64,000 bases of DNA, from positions 26,881-90,880 of the forward strand of contig MCFE01000342.1 in the NCBI GenBank assembly GCA_002104905.1, in the 5' to 3' direction. The notes beneath the pieces were generated by a model. It worked only from the letters and a program-made list of their open reading frames with translations, searched no databases and was not told where the DNA came from. The translations under genes were made by a program, and so were the position numbers. Shown here one piece after another: positions 49,435-60,924 of the stretch. The stretch is from Basidiobolus meristosporus CBS 931.73. Its lineage: Eukaryota; Fungi; Basidiobolomycota. Position 1 is the first letter of the stretch. Each line of letters opens with the position of its first letter.

Positions 49435-52400
49435 TGTAGAAGCAATACAGTCATAACACTAAGTAAGGAGACTTTCCTAACACTCAGGAGCATTTGGTGA
49501 CAATTTCAGGGTTAGTACATTATGCTTGGTAAAAATTGTTAATTTGATCTTGACTATAGGGGTATAATGATAGAACCATAGATCTGAAGAAACTGGCAAA
49601 GTTGGGGCTGTAAGCTAGTCCTACAGTGACCAAGACTAGTCCAGAATTGCTAAGCAAATTTTTAGCTGCTGAATGATACCAAATAGTCCACTATTTTGAC
49701 ACTCCCCCTCAGCTAAGTAATTTCTTTATCCTAATTCCTCTATGATACTCTCAAATTGCGTTCTAGCTAGTTGTTTTGTCATTATATCTGCCACAACATT
49801 GTCAGTAGGAGAGTAAACTAACTCTACTAAGTTACTTTCTATAGCTTCCCTCACAAAGTAGTGTTATTTATCTATGTATTTAGTTCTGGCATAAAGAAAT
49901 ACATACCCAGTGGTAGAGTGTCTGTCCACCAGATCCCTACCCCAATCTGAGTAGCTATAACCATCAAGTTTTTTCTATTAGCTGCTCCAGAGTACTTCAG
50001 TACCATATTTATGTTACCTTGTAGATGTCTGAAAATCTGCTTAACTGCTATGAATTGATCTGATCCATAATTCTGCAAGAATTAACTGACTTTTTCAACT
50101 ACCACTGCAATATCTGGTTGTGTAGACACCATCAAGTGCATCAGACTACCAACCATTGAATGATATGAAAAGTTTTGGTCTATATTTGATCCATTTTCAC
50201 CTAAAACTGGCCAAAATTGGCTTGATTTTAGATCATTGGCCATAGGGATAGCTGCAGGTTTGCAATTTTATTTTTGAAGCATCTAAGAATGTCCCTGATG
50301 TATGTAAGCTGATTCAGCACAATTTTTTGTGTTGGTATGTGAAATTTCACTTCAATTTCAAGATAATAGCTTAATTTTCCAGGATCTTTCTTCTTCAACT
50401 TGCCAAAGAGATCTAGTTTTGTCTGTTTAAGTGCCTCCTGATCACTTGAAGCTATTATTAGGCTGTCTACATAAAGAACTAAGATGATCACCCTTGCTTT
50501 GAGCTGTTTCAAATATATACTGTGATCTGCAGTGCAACAAATGAACCCAGTCTCCTCTGTATATGTGTTAATCTTGTTATACTATGATCTAGGCGCCTGC
50601 TTAGGCCCATACAACAATTTCCTAAGTCTGCACACCCAATGGGGGTCTTTTAAAATTGATAAAGCCTTCTGTTTGCTCCATATATATAGTTTCTTGCAAA
50701 TCCCCATTTAGAAAGGCTGTTTTGATGTCTATTTGGTGTAGATCTAGACTGTGTACAGCAGCCAGGGGAAGAGCTGTTCTAATGAGGTTAAGCTTGGCAA
50801 CCAGAGCAATTGTTACCTTGAAGTCTGGCCCCTGGATCTAAGAATAGCTCTTAGCCACCAGTCTAGCCTTGTGCTTGTCAATGGTACCATTTGAGGTTAT
50901 CTTGCTCTTGTAGACCCATCTGTGTCCTGTCAGCTTTCTCCCATTTGGTAAGTCTATCAGTTCCCACCATTTTGCCTTGATCAGTAATTGGTACTCCTCC
51001 TGCATAGCTTGTTGCCACATAGTACCATCTGGACTTTGCATTGCTGGTTCCAGATTCTGAGGTTTGGCACATAAGGTAAGATAAGCTTCTTCATGTTCAT
51101 TGGATGTCTGCCAACAGGATCTAAGGGCATTTCTTAATGTGGTAGATCTCCTGACTGGGATATTCTTTTCTGATCTGGAGCTGGTAGAATTGTCTTCTGT
51201 ATCTGGCTAAATTAAGTATGTATTTTCTTCATTAGTATTAATTGCATCATCAGACAACTGGCCAATGATTTCAGTGGCTTTCTGATCTGAATTATCCTCA
51301 AATACAATGTCCCTGCTCTTGATCAGCTCTGAATCTTGCCATCATATACTCTACACCCTTTGGTATCATCACAATACCCAAGAAAGATCCCTTTTCTACT
51401 CCTTGATTTCTGCTTTGAGCATTTTTTTGTCAGGGATGTGATAAAAGACATCACTGCCAAAGATCCTGAGGTGTTGGAGGTCTGGTTCTTTGCCTGTATA
51501 TGCATCAAAGGGTGTAGAATTATGTAGTGCTGTTATTGGGCATCCATTCTTGATTGATACTCTAATAGGAACAGATTCACCCCAAAATTAGTAGTTCAAT
51601 CCCTTATCATGTAGCATAGATATTCCAATCTCTACTATTGTTGTGCTTGCATGTTCTGCTACTCAGTTTGCCATGCAGTATGTGGAAGAGTGGTCTGTGC
51701 AAGTATACCAGTTGATAAGCAGTTTTCTCTAGACTCCTTTGAGCAGTATTCCCCTCTGTTGTCTCTTTGAGGTACCTTCAATTTACACCCAGTTTGTGTT
51801 TCTGCCATGTTCTTGAAGTGTTTGAATGTCTGTAAAGCTTCATCTTTTGTTTTGAGGAAGTACACCTATGTAAATCTTGTCTTGTCAGCAATAAATGTCA
51901 GAAAGTATCTCTTGTCTCCAAAGGATAGTGTTCTCATGTGCCAACATATTTCTGAGTGCACAATATGCAATATTCTGGTGGTGTTGAAGCCTCCTGAGCT
52001 CCTGAAACATTGCCTAGTTTGCTTGCCATGTGAATATCCCTTACAGACACTCAATTTGATTGGAAATGAGTAACATAGGCCCAAAAGAAGCTGAATTTCA
52101 ACCAATTGGCTCATTTTCTGCTCCCCTATGTGTTCTAGCCTCCTATGCCATGTCTCCCAGTTAATTTCATCAGTTTCAGCAATGTTGGCATACTCAGGTA
52201 CAGTGATCATACATTGTAACTTGTATTTTTTGTGATCTTTGAAGGAGTGCTTCTCAATGCTCAGGAGCATTCTGTAACAGTTTCAGGGTTAGTACCTACT
52301 ACTTAGTACAAAGTGTTGATTTGATCTTGATCATAGGGAAACAACCATGAGATCATAGATCTGAATAAACTGGCCAAGTAGGGGCTGAAAATTAGTCCTA

Positions 52401-52475
52401 CAGTGACCAAGACTAGTTTATAATTGTTAAGTAAATTTTTAGCAGCTGAATGATACCAAATAGTCAACTATTTCA
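49435..52475 (-). mobile_element. copia family C element with gag/PR deleted (3' LTR 49435-49701, partial 5' LTR 52260-52475)
   Basis: PPT reverse complement ctccccctcagc at 49702. WHRRLEH, FIADKTRF, KHKARLVAKSY, LYVD, RNaseH end. Confidence 0.85.
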
Positions 52476-52889
52476 TTAGAAATTAAGTCCAACACATCTA
52501 AGAGGTTGAAAATGTCCATTCTAGGAGAGCTGAGTCAGTACTGAGGGATAAGGTTCTCCATAGACAGAAGTATCCATACTATTATGCTGAGCCAATCAAG
52601 CTACTTTCAACATATTCCAAAGAAGTACCAAATAGACAATTATAGTCTGTGAGCTAATGCAAGGCAGACAAACCTTGACTTGGACTAAACTCAAATAGCT
52701 CAATAGTGCTTGGTGCAATCTGAAAGCCTAGAATTTTCTCACTAATCAATGGCCGCCAGCTAAATGTTTGTCATTCTTGGACCAGGTCCAGATATTCCAT
52801 CTTCAGTAGGAGTTGTTAGCCAGCCTAGTCAGAACCGCAGATGTGATAGTGTTGCAGCAGTTAAGCAGATTTTTTGGAACCTGAAAGGA

Positions 52890-54900
52890 ACTGCTGATAG
52901 CTGCTTAAGGAAAATCTATAAAGCTCAGAAGAGGATCTTCTGGAATACTCTGACAAAGATTGAGTGTAATATATAAAAGACCAAAGTTCCACCATATGAT
53001 ATGTCTTTTGTCACTGCAAAAGAGCCATTTCACAAAATTTAAGATAGTAACCAACTGTAGCACTTTCCACCACAGTGGCCAAGAAAATGGCAGCCTGTGA
53101 AGCTACAACAGAAGCAATGTGGTGAAGAAGGCCTATTGAGGACTTGGGGAAGTGTCAAGAAACACCTATTACTTTATCTCAATATAAGCAAGGATATATG
53201 CAAACAAGTAGGGATCTAACTTTTCATGCTTGCACTAAGAATATATGTATTGAACATCATTCCTATATAATGCTAGAGAAAGTAACTTGGTTAACTTAGC
53301 TTGCTGTCCTGCAGATGCAAAGAATGCAGACATATTTACCAAACTATTGGCTGGAGACAAATTTGAATATCTTAGGTCATAAACAGACTATTTGGTAAGA
53401 ACATTTTTTCAAGTGGGAATGTGATAAGAGTTTGTAGCAGCACCAGGCTATTCAACCAGCTTAAACTTATATCATTACCTACATATGTTGGTGAATACTG
53501 ACAAAATTCCTTGTCAGGATTTGCTTAGAATATTTTTACCAAACACATCAGGTACCCAGAAAATGAAAATGCTCAAAGTTGTCCAAATGGCCCTAAACTT
53601 TGCCCACCTGTTCTTGGGACCTTCTGAAGCCTAAATATGTGTATTCTATGCCAAAACCATGTAAAAGTATTAATACTATGCTTCAACTCAATAAATCATT
53701 AAGTGAAAACCACATAATCCACTTGTTTTGCAATCATTTCCAATATCTTCAAGACTCTTACAGCAGGTTATGAGCCCCAAGCTGTCACTCTCTCCAATGT
53801 CTACTACCACTATTACCAGATTTCTTCCTTCTGCTAAGAAGTTGGATGGATCTAACTATCAAGTGTGGAAGGGAATGATGAAGATGCTGCTACAAGAAAG
53901 AAGCCTTTGGGATATTTTCATGGCAGAAGAGTGCCCTCCTAAGAGTGTGGGAGAGGAATCCTTCAGGTATCAGAAGAAAGAACAAAGTGTCTATAACTAC
54001 ATTTTTGTTAGTGTCAATGACAAATTGCTAATTCTATGCACAAGAGCAAAAATGGCAGAAAAATGCCTGAAAGGCATTCAGAGACACACACCAATCATTT
54101 TCAGCTGCCAAGAAGATGCATTTTTGACAAAATACATCTGTTCCAAAGTTGCCGCCAGGATAAGAAAGTCAAAATCTAGTTACTAGAATTACACTGTTGG
54201 TAAATGGGATGGAATCTATGGGGTATGAACTACAGATGAGGATGTAATAATAACCATCCTGAATAGCCTGACAGACAAGCTTCATGGCCTTGAATCAGCC
54301 TTAGAGTTCAGAACTGAAGATTTTACTTCAAATATATATATGGATGGCTCCTGGATGAAAAATTAAGAAAATAAAGTGCCAACAAGAAGAATGAAGAAAA
54401 TGCTCTAATAAGTAATGATACCCAGCAATGAAAATACCCAGGACTTTTTAAAGGCAATACCAATATCTTTTTCCTCTACTGCAAAAGGAAAAAACATACA
54501 TCAGACCAGTGCTTAAAAATGAGAGATAGTCAGCCAAAAAAGCCTGAATATGGGAATGCTGCAACAATTCAAGATAGACAACTCAAATGTGAAATATATA
54601 TGACTACAAATAGGGATTCTCAGATATGTCATTTTGACTATAGAGCATCTCAACTCTTTTCACACCAAAAACTACTTTTCACCCAATATCAAGAAATTCC
54701 ATATATGAATATTATCATGGTTACAATAGTACACTTCATGCAGTGGGAGAAGGAACTATCCAAGTAAGCCTTAGAAGCAGTGAAGGAAGCCATTCACTGA
54801 CCTTTAAGGAGCATTGTATCTACCACTAATAGCCAAGAACCTACTATCTGTAACCAAGTCCACAGCAAAAGGACTCAGTATTAGCTTTAACAATCTGGAT
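52890..54900 (+). mobile_element. Tandem copia junction: RNaseH-PPT-LTR (53420-53765)-PBS-gag/PR
   Basis: aagtgggaa precedes the LTR and ggttatgagccc follows it. gag reads MKMLLQERSLWDI. Confidence 0.8.
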
Positions 54901-55819
54901 GCAGGATCACTGATTAAGCCAAATCAAGTCAGAAAGAAATCCAAGTTCCTTCTAGAAAGTTCTACTACATTCTAGTAACTTCTCAAAAGCTCCAAGTCAA
55001 CATTACACAATGGAACATTCTATGGAAGCTTCCCATTGGAGTTTATGTTGTCCCATACCCTATATGGTAATGACATGTCATATGACCTGGCCACATGATC
55101 AGCCAACCCCTGACATATCCCCATGTGATACTCTAGTTTGTTCTGTGGTAATGGAAAGTATTGCATTACTACAATATCTCTAAACCAATATTGCACTCAT
55201 TTCTTTATTTTGCTTTTTGCTATTGTAACACACAAGTGAAAGTTCAAGAATTTCCAACTTTGAAGAACAAATGCTCCAGACCCTGACAAGCAGTCCACCC
55301 AAGAATATTATGTCATACAGAACATGTTGTAGCCAGCACATGTTTCAAGTTACAGCTCATTTGAAGCAGTACTTAAGGAGTTATGACCAAAAGAGTCCAA
55401 TTATTATACATACTATACATTATTGCTAGGATTACTATGGTGACTTTGATTGTGTATAACTTCTGAACCAGCCAATTATATCATGTGAAATCTTAACAGG
55501 TGCTGCGCCTATGTCCGATCTGCGCCACAGCAAAATTTTAGCTTTGTATCATGTGTATTGCTTGCGCAATTGCCCAAAAACTTTGATCCTTCAGCTAATC
55601 ATATTATGACTTCCCCAGCTGAAAAATAAAGGGAGAGCCTCTCTTTCCAGAATTTCCGCACTACAATTACAGGTTTAAAGGTTATAAGACTTCCCCTGCA
55701 TCACTTGCACTGTTGAGTATTCTGACTTTGATTGGTACTACATCAGTAAAGAGACTGCAAAGCTCACAAGAATCCAATCTAAGTTCTACAAGAAACTACC
55801 ACTTTTCTGTTGGAGAAGT

Positions 55820-56040
55820 CCCCTCTAAGTAACCCCTTTACTCTAAAGACACCCCTTTAGACACACCTTTAGTCTAAAGACCCCTTTAGAGACCCCTTTA
55901 GTGTAAAGTCCACTTTAGAGACCACTACAAGAAGCCCCTTTACTCTGAAGACACCCCTTTAGACGCCCCTTTACTCTGAAGACACCCCTTTAGACACCCC
56001 TTTAGAGACTTGTACAACACACCTCTTTAGGTCAAAGGGG
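55820..56040. repeat. Degenerate minisatellite built on CCCCTTTA with a 31-bp higher-order unit
   Basis: cccctttactct(g/a)aagacacccctttagac at 55833, 55935 and 55966, plus partial units. Confidence 0.85.
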
Positions 56041-56694
56041 AGTTCAGAATTTCCATATTACAAAATATTTTCTCAGAAAGGAAAATGACTTCCAAGAAAG
56101 GAAAAGTTACTATAAAAGTAAATTAGCCTATTAGTCAACAGAAGGTCAGAACACTGCTGTAGAAGTAATAAACACTGCCTACAGTATATTTTGAGCCTAA
56201 GATTGAGGAAATTAGTGAAAGTTGTATCTTCCATTGGTATATCAAACTCCCAATAAACTATTTCATTATTAGCATACTGGAAGTTGTTGTACATTGTTGA
56301 TTAGCCTCTGCATTGTAGAGCAAGCCCCAAACTAATCATAATGCAACACAATAGTTCTTTAGTACATTTCTATCTTGGCAAACTTACTGCGCCTCACCCC
56401 AGAACCCCATCAATATTAGCCAGTATCTCTTGGCATCCATATTGCCAAAAAGTATATATAGTTCTATCCCCCCAATGTATTCCTCAGTCTGAGAAACTCA
56501 GGTCTGGAATAAACAGCCTTGCCTTGGAAATCTGCCTTGCCTTGGAAACACACCTTGCCTTGTTGATCCACACATAAGTCCTTTCCTGGTCCTGCCTTGC
56601 CTAGCCCTACTGTCCTGCCTTGTGTCAATTCACAACATGAAGCCTGCATATATGAGAGACAAGCTAGACAGCAATTCAAGAGCTCCAGGCTAAT

Positions 56695-57145
56695 AGACTT
56701 GTTATTTTGGATAGTTCCACTTTGAGCCATGAGTGCCAAATAGTGCCATTGTGTGCCAGAGAGGCATAGAAGATCTAAACCTGGCCACAGAGTGTGAAAC
56801 ATAGCTCTTCATCTAGCAGTACCAATGGACCAAGATAGTGCCATGCATTTTTGTGACATGATACAAGCCGCAGGAGCTAGATTCAGAGTGCCATGGATAT
56901 TAAGTACCAGCATGTCTTCATCCTTTTGTGCTTTTCTACATCCTGCACAACATTGCTATAAAAACAATGTCAAAAATGTATTTCCTCCAACATAATGGGT
57001 GAAACACAGGGGCTTCTTTTTATGAGGATAAAGAACTATGTTTCACACACTGCAGCCAAGCATAGGCTCTCTAGGCCTCCCTGGCATACTATGGCATCAT
57101 TTGGCACTCATGGCTCAAAGTGACACTATACAACAGAGCAAGTTT
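56695..57145. mobile_element. 451-bp MITE of the PHIS-like family with AAT TSD
   Basis: Imperfect inverted termini of about 130 bp starting AGACTTGTT/AAACTTGCT. AAT at 56692-56694 and 57146-57148. The flanks rejoin as copia sequence. Confidence 0.9.
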
Positions 57146-58467
57146 AATCAAAACTAAGAAAAATCAGATCTAATTCAGTCGGATTTGTGTGAGCTTATGC
57201 AAAATTTATTCTTATGCAGGACAAAGTGATTAATCACCTTTATGATGATTATACAAGATAAACATGGGCGTACTTCATGGAGAGAAAGGAAGAAGCTCTG
57301 TCTTAGCTCAGTGAGCTTAAAGCCATGGTGGAGAGAGAAACTGGTGAAAAATCAAGAAAATACACTGTCATAATGGTGGAGAATAAGCCTTAAAACTCTA
57401 CATTTACTTCTGCAAAACTTATTGGATGAAATAAAAGACTACTATGCCCTATTTCAACAACAGAACAGAATACCAGAATGTGCAAACAGTTCAATAATTG
57501 ATATGGCAAGATCTTTGATCTATGATCAAAAATTATCCTATGATTTTTAGGCTGAATCAGTTACCACAGCTGTGCACCTTAAAAGTAGGAGTTATAACAG
57601 AGCACTTTGTGATTCTACTCCTTTGGGCAAGGTATGAAGGCAGACCAAGTGCACAACATCTATGAATATATGGGTGTACAGCATATGCCCAGAAATAACC
57701 CAGAAATCAGTCAACTCTGAGTCAAAAAGTGTAAATGCATATTTTTGGGCTACTGAAATGAGAGTAAAGCATACAGACTCTACTATACCAAAGCAAAGTG
57801 GCTGATCAAGTCCAGGGACATGTTGCTTAATGAATATTCAAAATTCTCACCAGAATGACATCAGATGATGACAAATATCTAATATCAGGTCCACCAATTG
57901 TCAGGAGCAAATCAGTGTAAAACAATGGGAGTTTTTCAATCCAGAGGACTCTATAACCATTGTTCAGCTTGAATTAGTGCTCAGCTATATCCCAGAAGTG
58001 ACTATTTAAGTATCAAATGTCTGGGGATCCAAATGGAAAAGAAATAGTCCAAATTACTATATCAATGGGGTACAAGCTTTGCATATGCCTATTCACCCCA
58101 TATTGCTGTAAAAGAAGTCCTAAATAGCCCTTAGTCAAAGTTTTGGAGATCTGCAATGACTGAGGATTATAAGGCCCTAATAGGAATTCAAACTTGGGAC
58201 TTTGTCAAATTGCTAATCTACCAAATATTATTTGGATGCAGATAGGCCTTTAAGACAAATACAAGGCTGAGGAATATCAGGCCCTGATGGAAAATCAAAC
58301 TTGGGACTTAGTCAAATTACCAATCATCTAAAAATCAATTGGATGCGTATGAGTTTTCAAGACAAAATACAAGGCTGATGGTACAATTGAAAAATACAAA
58401 GCAAGACTTGTGGCCAAAGGATACTCTCAAACAAAAGTACTTGACCATATTGAGACCTTTGCACTGG

Positions 58468-59542
58468 TGTAGTGGGGTACAATGACACCCACTGACAGAT
58501 GTACTTGTTCCTATATTTTCTACTTCCCTATTTTTCTACTGCCCTTATTTTAGTTTTATCCCATTTGTCTTACTTGCTTATTACTATCCCATAAGCTGGC
58601 TGACTATCACATCTGCTTACCTTGTTGCATAGGTTATCCCTCAATCTTTATACAATTACTTGGTGTAAGTGCTTCTATATTGGGCAGGTGCCTGGACCGC
58701 TACCCATGACATATGGCCAAGCCATGTCACCATCCCTACCACCTTCATATCATATATGGTGTCCCAAGATTACACAGGTTTCAGAATCCAGATTCCTGAT
58801 TGGTTGGGTGTGCTGTGCCTCTTAGAACCTTCTGACATCTACTTAGAACATTCTTAGCTCATTCTGGTGTCATTGAGATTTCCATTTGACCTGCAGAGCC
58901 ATTGGGAACACCATGATTAGTAATGGCTAAGACAGTGAGAGAGTATATTAGCAAGGCAATCCCTCAATAATAAATCATCATCCCTTTTATCAATATACCA
59001 ACTTGTTGATTAGTGTGTGTACTGCTACCTGCTACTACCTGAACTTCCAATCCCAGACCACAGAATGCCACTCACAGGAAGCCATGCTGACATCCAACTG
59101 ACCTTGGAGGTGCTAATTGTGAGGAATGCTCAGAGTAGATATTGTTTATTATATTTTACTCTTTCCCAAGTTTGCTTTTGTACCAGTAAAGATACTTTTC
59201 TGTCTCTGTAACTATTGACAGTTGCTGCATTCTTATCAAATCTCTGATGGTGAAGTTTACTGCTGCTTTGACTTTAGATGCTTTAGTACATTGTCATCTC
59301 TGAGGATGCTGAACCCAGCACATGCTTTTGTTAAAGTGCTGACTAAGTTGGGGATTGTAGCTCAATAGTTTCCCCTTGACAAGCTTGTGGCTTTATTCCC
59401 CTTCATATTAGAGTAGAGACTGAACAAGAAAGTATTCCTAGCAGGCTTTTGCCAGAGGTTATTGCACCCAGTGAGCTCTCTACACACAAAGCACTTGAGG
59501 AGTGTTGGTCATATCTTTCCCTTGGACTTATGTAGCACCACT
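58468..59542 (+). repeat. Solo LTR, ~1.07-kb gypsy family
   Basis: Starts tgtagtggggtac and is collinear with the reverse complement of 59815-60885. Flanked by contiguous copia RT. Confidence 0.88.
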
Positions 59543-59814
59543 CCAGTCAAGTATAATTCCATCAGATTAAAATTGGCTATTGCAGCCAGATACATGTTTA
59601 TTAGATATCAAATGATGCAAAAACTGCATTTTTTGAATGGAGAACTTGATGATGATGTGTATGTTGACTTGACTAATGGGTGTGTTGACCATGATAACCC
59701 CCATTTGGTCTGCATGCTTAAATAGTCTCTATAGGGATTTAAACAATTACCAAGAGTCAGAAATAGCAAAATAGATTCCTATCTGCAATCTTTGAGTTTC
59801 AAAAGGAGTAACGC

Positions 59815-60885
59815 TGTGGTGGTGTATAGGTCCAAGGGAGAGATACGTCCAACACTTCTCAAGTGTTTTGTGTGTGGGGTGTTCACTGGGTGCAATAACC
59901 TCTGGCAAAAGCTTGCTAGGAATACTTGGGTTCTGTCTCTAATCTAATGTGAAGGGGAATAAAGCCACAAGCTTGTCAAGGGAAAACTATTGAGCTACAA
60001 TCCCCAACTTAGTTGGCGTCTTAACAAAAGTATGTGCTGGGTTCAGCGTCCTTTGAGATGACAATGTACTAAAGCTTCCAAAGTCAAAACAACTGTAAAC
60101 TCCACCAGCAGGGACTTGATAAGAATGCAGCTGTGGTCAATAGTTACAAAGACAGAAAAGTATCTTTGCCTGTACAAGAACAAACTTGGGAAAGAATCAA
60201 ATATAATAAAAGATACCTACTCTGAGTATTCCTCACAAGTAGTGCCTCCAAGGTCAGTTGGCTGTCAGCGCGGTTTCCTGGGAGTGTCCTGTGGTCTAGG
60301 GTTGGAAGTTCAGTTAGCAGCAGGTAGCAGTGATCACACTAATCAACAAGTTGGTATATTGATAAAAGGGATGATGATTTATTGTTGAGGGATAGCCTCC
60401 CTTATATACTTTTCTCACTGGCTAAGTGATTACTAATCATGGTGTTCCAGAAGGTTCCGGAGTTCAATAGAAATCTTAATGACATCAGAATGACCTAAGA
60501 ATGTTCTAAGTAGGTGCCGGAAGGTTCTAAGAGGCACAGCACATCCAACCAATCAGGAATCAGTATTCTGAAACCTGTGCAACATGGGGATACCATATAT
60601 GGTATGGAAATGGTAGGGATGGTGACACGGGCTGATCATGTGTCACGGGTACTGGCGCGGGTACTTGCCTAATATAGAAGTACTTATAGCTAGTAATCTT
60701 ACATAAAGTGAGGGGTAACTTATGCAATAAGGTAAGCAGGTGTGATAGTCAACCGGCTTATGGGATAGTACTGATTGGGTAAGACAAATGGGATAAAACT
60801 AAAATAAGTGTAGTAGAGATATAGGGAAGTAGAAAATAAGGGAATGAGCACATCTGTCAGTGGGTGTCATTGTCACCCCACTACA
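59815..60885 (-). repeat. 3' LTR of the pol-bearing gypsy element
   Basis: PPT gagaggggggtgga lies immediately upstream on the minus strand (60886-60899). Ends are TGTAG...CCACA. Confidence 0.92.
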
Positions 60886-60924
60886 TCCACCCCCCTCTCA
60901 GCTTTGAACTTGGGTCAAAGCAAA

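Larger units (their letters stand above)
56630..59814 (+). pseudogene. copia family A INT-RT remnant interrupted by a MITE and a solo LTR
   Basis: Collinear with 3010-4575 once 56695-57148 and 58468-59542 are removed. Confidence 0.85.

Noticed and set aside
55820-56040. Telomeric repeat or CRISPR array
   Set aside because: The unit CCCCTTTAG is not CCCTAA or CCCTAAA, it is irregular, there are no unique spacers and no cas genes.
56330-56630. Short 18-bp ccttgccttggaaa repeats and ORF 56464..56802 as a gene
   Set aside because: The ORF partly reads through the MITE and copia sequence and has no recognisable domain. It is probably a TE fragment.
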